DNA from: Azolla caroliniana
Lineage: Eukaryota > Plantae > Polypodiophyta
Direction: 5' to 3'
Assembly: GCA_043228905.1 (NCBI GenBank)
Contig: JBHGNT010000010.1
Location: 21,576,001 to 21,640,000, forward strand
DNA: 64,000 nt
In this document: piece by piece, positions 36,185 to 48,001 of the stretch
Layout: the number at the start of each line of letters is the position of its first letter
Numbering within the stretch: the first letter of the stretch is position 1
Program-made: the position numbers and the translations under genes
Notes under the pieces: generated by a model
What the model saw: the letters and a program-made list of their open reading frames with translations, nothing else
Told to the model about the DNA's origin: nothing
Databases searched by the model: none

Positions 36185-39100
36185 TCAATCAGATTCCTCC
36201 GTGTCTTCATTCACATCCGTCATACTATCTTCATCGTCGAGGTAATCGAGGTTAGGATCCTCGTCTTGTCTTTTCTTGAAAACCTTTACACTTTTTCCCG
36301 CAATAGGTATGGCCAACCTTGATCCATCTAGCTCCGCAAGGTGGTATGTGGCATTGTCGTTGGCACTTATCACCACATACAGTCCGAACCATCTTCTTGC
36401 GAACTTTCTTGTTGTATAGTGTTGATTGTCAAGGCTGATGTCGTAGACCAATACCCAATCTCCTTCTTCGATCCTCTTGGGACGCAGTCGATGCGTCTTG
36501 TCGAACCGAATTTTGTTCTTCACTCGAGCTGCCTCCATCATTTTTCACGCATGTTCTAGATCTTCAAGTCTTCTTTCAAGTTGCCTTATCTGTGCCGCTA
36601 ATCATTCTTCTTGGCTCATCTCGTTCTCCAATGGTATCGCTACCCATGAGACGATCGTCCTTTCGATGGGCATCACCGGCTTTTGTCCATACATAAGCTC
36701 TGTTGGCATATACCCTCTCACTAAGTTATGTGTTGTTCTGTCGGCCCACAAGGCATAGGGCAATAGTCGTGGCCAATTCCCGACTCGACCATTGCATGCT
36801 TGTACGATGGCTTTGACGATGGGTCCATGCCCTCGCTCGATCTTCCCATTCACTTCTGGATTGTAGGCAGTCATGAGGGAGAGCTTCATGCCTAGTCGTT
36901 CGGAAAGCTTTGTTGCTTCGTGTGCGTCCAACTCCCCTCGATCGACGACTATCTTCCCCACACATCTGTATCGGCAGACAACCTCTTCAAGTAGAAATTT
37001 GCAAACAGTTGACATCGTTTTATTTGTCAAGGCCTGCCCTTCCACTTGATTTGTTAAGTCTTCTCTTGCCAGCACTAAGTACTTCATTTGTCTCACTCCC
37101 ATTGGCATCGAGACCAAATCAACAGTCTATTTGAAGTGTATGGTGAGCGGGTATGTCGGTCGTAGCTCATCACGATGACGTATGTTGGAATGTACTTGGC
37201 AAGTTTTGCATGTGGACACGAAATGGAGTACATCTTTGTACATGCTTGGCCACCAGTACTTTTCCTTCAACTTTTCGAACGTCGCCCATGTTCCTCTATG
37301 ACCTGCCCAAGCACTCTCGTGGAATTCGGTCATCAGCGTCACTTGCTCTTCTTTCTTCACCACCACTCGACGTGGTATTCTTGTCCTTCTTTTTGGGTGT
37401 CGCCAAAGGAATCCTCCCTTTAAGAAGTATTGGCAAGCTTTCTTTCGGATTCGTAGGGCCTCCTCCTTCATCAACGAAGCATTCGTTGACATTGATCTTA
37501 GGAATTTGCCGATTAGTAACGGTTTAGGGTTTAGGGTAACGGTTACCACTCCCCTTCGTACTCATCCTCGTTGAAGGCGTGGAGGGTTAGCGTGTCCTTG
37601 TCTTCCGCCAATAATCGAGCCATCTTGAAGAAGTCGAGGGTGACGTCTTCATCTTCCGAAACCATGTCACTTTCAAATCTTGCCCTTGACAACATATCAG
37701 CCATGGCGTTGCACATCCCGAGATCATTCCAAGGATTGGGAGCCAATCTGTCTCTATTATCACTTCCGTCCCGATCAGGTAATCTTTGTTCATCTTCACT
37801 GCCGACACAATACCCCAAAGTTCCTGCTTGACTTGGGCGTATTTTTGTTGTCGTTCGCTGAGAACCTTCGCTCCGAACCGGATGGCATATCACGCATTAT
37901 CTTCTCCTTCTTGGTTGATGACCCACCCGATTCCGGTTGGGCTCGTATCTACAGTCACATAAATCGGCTTCCTTTCGGTATAGTTGGCGTTTCTTAGTGA
38001 TGGAGCTTCAAGAAGTAGTTTCTTCAATCCTCGCATCGTGTTTGTATGCTCGCTTCGCCATTCGAACTTCATTCTTTTCTTTAGTAGTCCATATAACGGT
38101 TTGGCGACATGATCGTAGTGAGAAATCCAGATATGATAAAACGCGCATGCTCCAAGGAACCTTCGAACCTCCGTTTGGTTTTCTCATTCTGCTTTCATGT
38201 CTTAGATCGCGTTTACTTTGGATAGCGAAGGCTTCCGGCCGTATGCTCCACACAAGTGACCTACCACCAAGATCTTTGGTTGCCCGAATGCGGATTTTTC
38301 TCCCGAAAATGTCAAATTCGCATCTTCAAGCCTTTGAAGCACCTTTTCGCAATCTTTCATATGATCCGCGACGAACTTTCTACACCCTTCCTTATCTTTT
38401 GATTCATCTTTCTCCTCATCCGAACATCCTTTTATTGTAATATCATCCAAGAATGGCATCGTGATGTCCGGGATACAATCCTCCAAGACTTTGTTCATGA
38501 CATTCACCATATGAGCCACCGAGTTCGTTGCGCCTTGAGGTAAGGTACACATCCACACAAGCCCGATCGGAGTCCTCATGGTTGTAATGTCATGACTGTC
38601 GATCGCCAATTGGAATTGGTCATATCCGGAGTAGAGATCGCCAATGGAGTAGATGGATTGGCACGCAAACGCATCTGCAAATTCGTCCACGCTCAAACCG
38701 ATTCCGGCATTTCGAATTGTCACCTTGTTGACGGGTTGAAGATCTTGGATGAATCGCAATGATCCATACTTCTTCGGCACCATGAACCACCTATTGGAAT
38801 AAGGAGCATTCAACGGTTCCAGAATTCCCATATTCACCTTCTCCTTTAAGAGCTCGATCAGCTTCGGTAGGTGTGCTCTCGGAACCGGTATCGGTTTCAA
38901 ATTCCAAGGTACATGCAGCACCGTGAAGATCACCATCGGCTCCATCGCCCATGGATCAGCACATCCGATTTCTTGTGGGAAAAATGCGAAAGTCTTCCCA
39001 TGTCTCTCAAGCATGTTGCGAAACTTTCGCTCCTCTTCAGGGAGAAGGAAATCCTCCCTTCCAACTCATAGCTTTCCCTTCGTCTCTTTGGTGAAGACAT

Positions 39101-39480
39101 GACCTATTGTCTTCGAATCTCTTAAGCTTGGATCGTTAGCGACTTCCTTCATCTTTTGCCAGCTATCTTCCAATAGCGGAATTGCAACTGGCTTGACCTT
39201 CTTATCCACCGTTTTATATTTTGTGTTAACGTCAAATTCCTTCATTAAGATGCTTCGATGATATTCATCGATGATAATGTACATGTTGATGTAGCTAACC
39301 GAAATCACGTGATGATCATGAAGATAGCTGAAGTCCACGACGTCCTCGATTTCGCCGATGGTGTCCTTAAATGAGGCTTCTTCCATAATATGAGTCACGA
39401 ACTCTTCTTCTTCTATTATGTTTTCTTCCTTCAGCATCTTCTCGAAGTTTTGTATCCGATGCTTGTCCTTCTTGTCAGGT
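36185..39480 (-). pseudogene. pol: pol (RT, RNase H, integrase) of element E
   Basis: ORFs 38202-39014 (FLDD), 37127-37549, 36602-37117 and 36185-36541, homologous to elements B/C/D. Confidence 0.92.
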
Positions 39481-41140
39481 AGTACTAGTTTTTGCTTTTT
39501 GCGGCTTCTCTTCTTCCTCATCCAATTGTTGTATTTTTCTCTTTACAAGGTCCACGATCGTGTCATGGAACTCCTTCTTCGTAATGCCAAGCAATTCCCT
39601 CAAGGACAAAGTCACGTGGCTATCAAGAACATGTTCTTCGAGAATCTTCTTTAGGTCCGTCGTCTGCTCTATGTCTGACCTTAGCTTATAGGTACGCATA
39701 GCCCTTGTTCTCCGAGCGGGGTCATCGACACCAACCTTCATGGGTCATATGGTTTCTTCGATTCGTATGCTCGGCTCTCCTTTTCGGCTTGATTCTCGTT
39801 CCTCCATTTGTAAAGCTCGACTTGTCTCCGCATCTTCCTTCTTTTTCGCGTTCCTTGTTTCATGTCTTTTTTATGGGCCTTGCTCTTCTATTCTTTTTCT
39901 CTTTTCTTCGACGAACACCTCGTGGTTGTCGCACATCACCTCCGCAAGTATGGTGTTGTCATCCACCGAATCCGACCATCCGATTATACTTTGTACACTT
40001 CGATCCGCAAGCTCTACTTCGTTCGAAGTGACTTTTCCTTTCTTCTCATATTCGAGAACAGAAGTCCAAAACTTTGCTTCCGCTCTAGCAGCTTCAGTCT
40101 TGTCTTTCCTGACTCTTATTCCGGCGGACGCAGCATAGTGCATCGCATCCACATGAGTCGCATCGGCATCCTCCATAGCTTTCTTCATTCCTCCTATTCC
40201 GAAATTCACCCGTAGGGGTCTTCTAGTCTCGCTCGAGGAGATCATGCTGTCATCTATGTATACGATATTTTGTCAAATGGCGTCTCAAAGGCTCGAACAA
40301 TCTCTTCTCATGTGGTCCATGCCATCGCACCACACGCATCTAAAGGGTTCTTTTCCTTTGGGCCCCCGATGATTCATGTTGGCTAGCGTAACCGTCTCGA
40401 ACTTCTTCACCAATTCTTCTATGATGTTGTCATCAATCTTCTTTTCTTCCGGGCTGCTTTGTTTGGGTTGCTCAGCTACTTTCGGTTGTCTAGTTTTCTC
40501 CGCAACAGTCGATGCCGCCAAGTCGGTGTCATCAACCCACTGACGACGCTTGTCGAGCCTATTGCATGCTCGCTTCACCGCAACCCAGTCCGCCACAAGC
40601 CCGTTCGCTTGGGTATCATTTTCGAGGAGAGTCCCCAACTCTCGCATATCCTTCATGTCCACAGCTTTCAAGAAGTACAAAGTCTTGTCCTCCTCAAGCA
40701 GCACTAAACATCTGGTCGAATTCGTCGTACACCCTTGAGGCGCTCATCTTCTTATTCTTCTTCTCTATCCACTTCATCAAGGCATGTCGAGTCATCCTCG
40801 TTGAGTCTTCAGTCACGAACTCCGCTAATATCGCTTTCTCAAACTCAGACCATGTTGCCTTACCTTCTTGAAGCTCGATGACGCGTCTTTGGATGTTGTT
40901 GGTGGCAACTCGCTTGAAACTCGAGATTTGTCGTGCTTCAGACACGTCTCTTTGATTCATCTCCCTTCTGTATGCATCAAGGAACTTCGTAACGTTCCTT
41001 CCATCAAATTGACCCTCGAGCTCTAAAACACGATTGATGGCCTTCTCCACGCTCACATCGTTGTCTCGAGATCTCATCATTTGTTCGACGATCAGCATCA
41101 TCCTTTCGAACTCTCTTGCTTGATTGCTTGAGGATGCCAT
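39475..41140 (-). pseudogene. gag: gag of element E; protease region deleted
   Basis: FDGRNVTKFL, CVWCDGMDHMRRDC, LRELLGITKKEFHD, followed directly by pol-frame sequence with no DHGSE motif. Confidence 0.85.
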
Positions 41141-41691
41141 CTCCAAGTATCGGTTGATCCTCAATTTGATCCTTCCTGCCACCTCTTTCACGTCGGGTTC
41201 ACCACTTAATTGTGTCGAGAAGATCCGTCACTACGCACGGATCGTGAGGCGGAACCGCCGGGGTTCTGAACCAGAAGAATTCGAAGTTTGCACAACCTTT
41301 AGCGAGAAAGTATTTAAGATAATTTGAGAGAGAGAGATTGAGATTAAACGCTTGACTTTAAATTGAGAAAAATTGATCTGGCGAAAAGAGAGAGATTAAG
41401 ATAGAGCAATTGACTTTAGATTTAAGAAACAAGTTACACGATCAATTTGATAACGAATTTTATTCTCTTAATTTCATATAATAAAAAAATACCTAACCCT
41501 TCTTCTTTTTCTATCTCCTCTTTTATAGATGCCCTCATGCATTTGAGGGTACAAGACATGCATAAAATGCATGTTTGCCATTTGGCACTCATGTATTACA
41601 TGTGGTGCATGATAATCATGTCAATCATTTTAGCTCTAATGTATAAGAATTTACATATAAAGTTACAATGATAGAAATATAATTTCAAGAA

Positions 41692-41766
41692 AATGTGTTG
41701 GCTTAGTGGTAAGCCTATAGACTCTCACCTTGGAGGTGCAAGGTTCAAATCCACACGTGCACTCCT
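41692..41766 (+). other. tRNA-derived (Glu-CTC-like) Pol III A/B-box module inside the LTR; second copy at ~35451-35524
   Basis: A box TGGCTTAGTGG with D-stem GGCT/AGCC, loop CTCTCAC, B box GGTTCAAATCC at 41742-41752; acceptor stem does not pair. Confidence 0.7.
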
Positions 41767-42529
41767 TGTGTATATATACTGGTTGTCGCCGGTTCTCCAG
41801 ATCCCATTTGATTACCGGCCGGTTCCGGTTTGATTGACGACAGATTCCGGATTACTCTCTGACCCAGTTTCATTTTGCTTTTCGGCCGGGTCCATTTTTT
41901 TGCCATTTGGTTTTTGGGAATTTGGCCACATTCAACCATCTAGACAAAGTGGCCAAAAGTGCTCTTAGCACAAATGAAGAATAAGGGATCTCAATATGCT
42001 TATATAACCAGGGCCTTAACTTTCCTATCTATGTGGGATATTTCACAGTTTTATTTTTTTCTCTTTTTCTTTTGCAAAACTTCATGCCCACATAAGTTGA
42101 CACTTAGATGTCTGTTTCTTATGTAGTAAAGTGCATCCGAAACTCTTCAAGACCTCTATCCTTTCGTAGCTTTATGTGATTTTCACACCATTGCTGATAA
42201 TCTTCACGATAGTGTATCAAGTTCCTGTATAAAACCCTCACTTTTTACAAGAACTCGATACGGCGTATCGAGTTCCTATTTAAAAAAGAGTGTTTTATAC
42301 CTGAACAAGTTTTGTCATTTCGTGTACTACTTTTGTAACATTTTGCAGAATAAGACTATTACATTGTTTGTCTCTTTGTCTCTCTTTCTCTCACTCTATT
42401 TCTTTGATCTTGCTTTAACTTGTTCACTTGGTGATTTTCTTGACATAAATGTTGTTCATGTTTCCGCACTGACGATCTCAAACTCCAACAATATGTGTTT
42501 TTTTTCAATATTCTGTGAAGATTTGTAGG

Positions 42530-43941
42530 AAAATATTAGGTACTAGATCATGGAAAGAATCAACTGCAAATGTCTTTTGGAGATGAAATGGAATTTCTCA
42601 CAACATCTCAAACAATTTTGGAAATGGTTGTGGGGTATAAAAATGAGTAGAAAATTTGTTTGTTTCCATTGGTTGTTGGTTCATAAAGTTATACCAGTTA
42701 ATGGGTGGCAAAAAGGGAATGTAAACAAGATGTGCCCTTTGTGTACAAATCTAGTGGAGACTACTAAGCATTGTTTGTGGAGTTGTGGTTTTGTTATGGA
42801 CATATGGAAACGAATCATAACATTATTGATACCAGTATATCCTCGAGCAATGTATACATGGGGAGCGGTATTATGGGTGGCGGTACAAGATAAACTTATT
42901 GTCATAGACACGCCAACCATGAACTACGACAGAGCATGGATGACGAGGCTACAACCAATAAGTGGAACCGGAAGTAACAAGGCTAGGAACTCTAGAAGTT
43001 GTGAGCAAGACTATGAACATAGGAATCTAAGGTTAACTAAAGAGCATGAAGACAAATATGAAGATCAAGGAGACAATATGGCATGAAATGAGAATACTAA
43101 ATTAATGTGTCAACGACTAGTGTTGAATCCCTTGAAATGGACCAAGGAGGTTACAAGTATTTATACAAGTTCTAAGATTGAATATCTCTAGAATATACCA
43201 TATAATATTTCTAGAATATACTAACAAGAATATAATATGCTAAATTATACAATATTAAACTATATTCATGTTCACAAGAGTTTTCATATGGTCTAACACA
43301 ACACTATGTACTAGGTGTGTTATAGGTTGGAGGTTCGAGTCTAGAATGTGACATTATCTCCCCTCTTACGCAACCTTCCCAAACAGGTCACTAGGTTATG
43401 GGGATATCAGTGATGAAAATCATGGACCACCTTCGGGAAATTTTGTAAATTCTTCGCTAATTCCCATCTGGCGTCAGACAGGGGGTAACCCTTCCACAAG
43501 ATGAGGTATTCGAAGGTGTGGAAATAGGAACACAAACACAAATGGGCGTGAGCGACCATGTGTGGTCTTCACTGGGAACATAAATACTATGGTACATGAA
43601 CAAGAGGAGGTTGCAGATGCTACTGTGATAAGACATGGTTTGGTGGGAAAAAAATTGACAATACCTTTGAATCCAAAAATAGAGACTGATAAATCTCAAA
43701 TATGGCAATTGGTAAGTAGTATTACAATTTGGTATATTTGGAAGGCTTGATGTCTAAAGGTATTTCAAAATGTGACTAAAAGACTTACCCAAATAATTTT
43801 TGGGATTTGGACAACGATTGTGCATAGTCTCATAGGTTTGTTGGATAGTATAAAAGGTAATATGCAACCAGCGGAGCTTAAACGATTGAAGTTCCATGCC
43901 ATCTAGGACATAAGTATATATTTATAGACTGTGTTGAGCGG
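42530..43941 (+). pseudogene. LINE (L1-clade) ORF2 3' fragment, split by the insertion at 42900-43585
   Basis: zf-RVT-type motif FWKWLW...CPLC...ETTKHCLWSC and downstream IWYIWKA. Confidence 0.8.
42900..43585 (-). mobile_element. 3' fragment of a second chromovirus family (LTR 42900-43353, PPT, chromodomain)
   Basis: TGTCATA...TGTGACA; PPT complement TTATCTCCCCTCTT; minus strand encodes EYLILWKGYPLSDARWE. Confidence 0.82.
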
Positions 43942-43988
43942 TATCGTGTTGCTACGCGCGTGCGTGTAGAACGAGGCGGGACCACCGG
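43942..43988 (-). repeat. 47-bp U5-end stub of a Trp-primed family LTR, interrupted by element H
   Basis: TATCGTGTTGCTACGCGCGTGCGTG...GGCGGGACCAC matches the start of the B/D LTRs; left flank GCGG. Confidence 0.75.
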
Positions 43989-44603
43989 TGTCGTGAAGAA
44001 TTTCGGCCAGAGGCGGAAACCGGGAAACATTGGCTATATCGGCGGGGTGCAGCGTGTGTATGCACCCATGTACATTTAGTGTGAATATCGAGGGCGCCTT
44101 TATGGCGCCGAAGAGTAGTCAAGTCGGGGCAGACAATCCCATGTAAGTCGGGATTTGTCCCACATTGTAACCCATCCCTTTCCTTGTTCTATAAAAGGAA
44201 GGGAACGCCCTTTGTGAAAGGGTTGCCCATTTTGCATTAGAGGGTATACCGTTAGGTTTAGAGTTAGTTTCTTCTTCTTCTTCTCCTTCGTGTTCGCTTA
44301 GGGTTTGCTTCAGCTCATCTCCTGCGCAAGACCCCGCTCGGCGCGACGAGCCCGTGAGCTCCCCGACGGCGGCTTGGCAGCTGACGACTACTGTAACTTG
44401 CCTTGGAACGGCTCGAAGCCGGGAATGTATTCTTCTTTTATATACATATATACGTTTGTGTCTATTTGTGTATATTCGCGTCTTCGTTGGTGTCGGGTGC
44501 TTCCCCTTTCCTGCACTTCCTGTACTTAAGGGTGTGAGTCGGGTTGGCCTGTGTGTGTGTGTGTGTGTGTGTGTGTGAGCGAGCGTGCGTGAGTCGGTGT
44601 TAA

Positions 44604-44648
<45 letters not shown>

Positions 44649-44815
44649 TCGGTTGCTTCCGGTGTGCTTCTGGGATGCCCCGGAAACGGTGAAGCACGAC
44701 TTCCTACGCTCCATCACTCCCTAGTCCAAGACCCCCGTGGTCCCGCCTTTCTCCACGCACACGCGTAACAACGCGACATATTTGGTGAACCCGACGTGAA
44801 AGGCGGCAAGGGAGG

Positions 44816-46582
44816 ATGGAGTCGGAAGACGACGACCTTGCGGAGATGGTGGCCGAAGTGGTGTTGGAGTCGGCACGAGTGGTGATGAGGCGAGAAGCAG
44901 CGCAACAGGCGGTTGAGCGAGTGGTCTAAAGAGTTGGCCGTTTCAACGGGGACAAAGTCCCATCTTACTTGGAAGCCTACAACGCGGAAATGGAGGGGCG
45001 TGGCGTAGACGAGGCGTTGAGGTTGGAGTTCTTCTGTCGGGTCGTGGCTGTCCGGATGCATGCAGAAATAAAGGAGCTCCGTGAGGCTCATATTTCGTGG
45101 GAGGCCTTCGAACAGGCGCTCCTGAAGGCATACGGAGGACGGCGGAAGAGCCAAGGACGACACGACTTTGACCAGTGGGTAGCATCGGCAAAGACCCACC
45201 GGGGCGCGACCAAGGCGTTCCGAGAGTTCGAGCGACGGCTTGCTCGACTCCCAAAGCAGGAACAAGGTTTGGTGGGGGCGGACAAAGTCCTTTTGTTCGT
45301 CAGGTCGATCGACCGAGCGGAACGGGAAGCCATCGAGATTGAGCTCGAAGACGATGACGGAGCGAATGGGCTTACGGAGGACTGGTCGAAGGTCGGAAGG
45401 GTGTGCCAATGGCTAGACAACGAGTGAGCCGAGAAGGCTAAGAGGAAGGTACGCGACGGCGTGCCATCACAGCGGGAAGAGGCCGAACGGCAAAGAGCGA
45501 CGGCAAGGGTCGGCGTTGGGGCCAGGATTGCGGAGGCGTACGCAACTCTCGAGGCGATGCTCAAGGAAGAGGAAAGACGTAGGCCGCAAGCTGAGACTGA
45601 GAAGACGGACTTGCCCCACGCAACGGCGGGAGATCGGTACCACGGTACGACGGAAGAGGGTGCGGAACAAAACGCCCTCTCGACTCGCGGAGATAGAACG
45701 GCCAAGGACGAGGCCGAGATACAAATCGCGAAACCGGAACGTTGGGACCAGCGGTTTCGGGCGTGTCAGCCCGAGATCCCGATCATGGGAGAAGCAAGCC
45801 CAGACGGGGCTTGCGCGATCGGTAAGAAAACGACCGCCGACCATGAAGAGTCGGTGGCTACGGACAAGGGCGTAAAACGGACAGGCGATTCCTTGTGTCT
45901 TCCCACGCTTGTTCCCGGGACAATGGCAGTCGGGCCCGAGTGCCCACGTGAGTCCCAAGCGGAGGAAGGCGGCGGCGATAGACCAAGATCACCGGCGAGA
46001 CGATACGGGGAAGGAACGGACGAAAGCCCACGGACCCAATTCCGGAGAACTCGGCATTCGGGCCCGTATGCCCATGTAAGACCGAGGAGATGGATTGCGG
46101 TACCGAGGAGTCCTGGCACGATGCCAGCGAAGTCGGATGGGAAACGGCCTGCGAGGAGACCGAGGACGGACGCGGCACGAGGAGATCGGCATTCCGATAC
46201 GGGTGGAGCGTGATCCTGTCGTGGATCGTTCGATCGGGGCCGGATTCGGCATGAAAGTGCCGATACGGAAGGGGGTGCGGGACGAGCCGCCCTCTTTTAC
46301 ATGGGGAGAAAGACCGATCGGGCGAAGGTCGAGATTTGGAAAGAGAATGAAAGACGGTCCTATGGGATTCCTTACGCCGATCCGGCTGCAGGCCCGAGTG
46401 CCGACGTGAGTCCTATAAGAGAGATCGGTGGCGACAGGAGAACGGGACTCGGCAATCCGGAGAAGGACGAACGGACCCGAGCGAGAACCGGGCGGAGCGG
46501 ACTCCCGAGTAACCATTCTGGGAAGGAGGAAGAGAGTTGGCCTACGAAGAGGCCGAGGACACGGTACGTCGGTACCACGTGA
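44816..46582 (+). pseudogene. gag: Gag capsid-like domain with in-frame charged repetitive extension
   Basis: GRFNGDKVPSYL...VLLFVRSID...GLTEDW is homologous to B/C gag; ORFs 44969, 45461 and 46301 share one frame separated by single stops. Confidence 0.7.
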
Positions 46583-46662
46583 GAGGGTGCGGAACAAAAC
46601 GCCCTCTCGGCATGCGGAAAAGGACGACCCAGGACAGGGTCAAGAAGGCGACGAACGCCCAA

Positions 46663-46880
46663 GGAGGATCCTTCACACCGGATCTAGAGACTTCGGCAAT
46701 CGGCAACGCGGTCGACGTAAGACCAAGATACTGACGGTGGCGGCGAGGTGACGAAGGCAAGGGCTACGGATGGGCGGTCTACGGAGGATCCTTCACACCG
46801 GTTCTAGAGACTTCGGCAGTCGGTAACGCGGTCGACGTAAGACCAAGATACTGACGGTGGCGGCAAGGTGATGAAGGCAA
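46663..46880 (+). repeat. 120-bp tandem duplication within a wider degenerate repeat array (~45600-47900)
   Basis: GGAGGATCCTTCACACCGG...GACGGTGGCGGC at 46663 and 46783; the motif ACGTAAGACC recurs across the region. Confidence 0.85.
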
Positions 46881-48001
46881 TGGGCGTAAGGAAGTCCGGT
46901 CCTACGGGATCCCCACACCGGTTCCGGAGACTCCGGCTGTTCTGCCAACGTGGCAACGTAAGACCGAGGGAGAAGGTTGGTGGCGGCGGGAAACGGGACT
47001 CGGCTATGCGGAAGACACGAGGAGAGTCCGGGATTGACTCAAAACAAAGGCACCCGAATTTCGGCAAGCATAGAAACGGAGTCCGGTCCTATGGGACCCT
47101 CACACTGATCCGGAGACTCCGGCAGTTCGGCCAACGTGGCAACGTGAGACCGAGGGAGAAGGACGGTGGCGGCAGGGAACGGGACCCGACGACACGAGGT
47201 TTCGGAAGGAGCCGGTAGGGGCAAACTACGGGGAGGTGTGTCAGGCCGGAAAGGCACACCTGGAACAGAACAAGAGTCTCGCAAATGGCCATCGCGGGCC
47301 GGATCGAAGCGTGACTACGGGACGGTGTTCGGCGCGGGCGGGGCCAAACGAAGGATGCGAAAGATGGCAAGAGAGGCCGGAGGAGGATCCTCCACACTCG
47401 CTTCGTAGATCTCGGTAGCTCCGTCGAAGTAGCGAAGACTGACACGGCAAGCCCAGGGTGACAAGCTGGTGGGGGCGAGGGCATGACGGCAAGCGGAAGA
47501 CTCAGGACCTATCGCAGCAGCACGAAGACGGGAAAGGCCAAGCGGGCTACTACGGGGTGTTCCTCGGATGCAAAGGACACCGGTATGCAGGTGAGCGGCG
47601 ATGCACGATCTGACCAAAAAGGGGGCCAACAAGGCGTGCAATGAACCGAAGTGCGACACAGGCAGTGCCAAACAACGGACGTGGGTATGTGGCACACGGA
47701 GGTGCCGGAGCGGAAAGGCGAGCGCGGAGATAGGTTGCGTGGTTCGGAGGTAGCGCGGAGAAGGCCGGAAAGGGATCCTCCACACTATTCCGGAGACCAT
47801 GGCGGTTCGAGCCGACACGGCGATGTAAGACCATGGAGAAGGAAGGTGGCGGCGAAAGGACGAAGGCAACGCGAAACGACATAGGACGGCACCATTACGA
47901 CGCGATTGGACAACGGAGGCCAAGCGGGCCACTCCGGGCATGTCTCAAGCAGAGGACATCGGGCATACGGCGGGAAGCGGGGCGTTCATACGGCCGAACA
48001 A

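Larger units (their letters stand above)
34973..42211 (-). mobile_element. tRNA-Trp-primed Ty3/gypsy element E (older, AT-richer subfamily)
   Basis: LTRs 34973-36112 and 41213-42211; PBS complement 41188-41204; PPT complement from 36113; 4-bp TSD GCGT/GTGT. Confidence 0.92.
34865..42300. mobile_element. Small foldback/MITE-like element (~190 bp net: 34865-34972 plus 42216-42300), split by element E
   Basis: Imperfect terminal inverted repeats GTATAGACACTTCTTTTTTAAATA / TATTTAAAAAAGAGTGTTTTATAC and three internal palindromes AACTYGATAC-NNN-GTATCRAGTT. Confidence 0.6.
43989..48000 (+). mobile_element. Gag-only, probably non-autonomous Trp-primed element H, 3'-truncated
   Basis: LTR 43989-44778, PBS 44783-44799, gag core 44816-45427, then ~2.6 kb of repeat-built GC-rich sequence with no pol motif; left flank CCGG. 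Confidence 0.8.

Noticed and set aside
41692-41766. Functional tRNA genes here and at 962-1030, 5961-6030 and 60606-60670
   Set aside because: A/B boxes are present but acceptor and anticodon stems do not pair; reported as tRNA-derived modules only.
34900-42280. Palindromic ~27-bp repeats with ~25-bp spacers resembling a CRISPR array
   Set aside because: Only three units, inside terminal inverted repeats, in a eukaryotic TE context with no cas genes; a foldback/MITE explains it.
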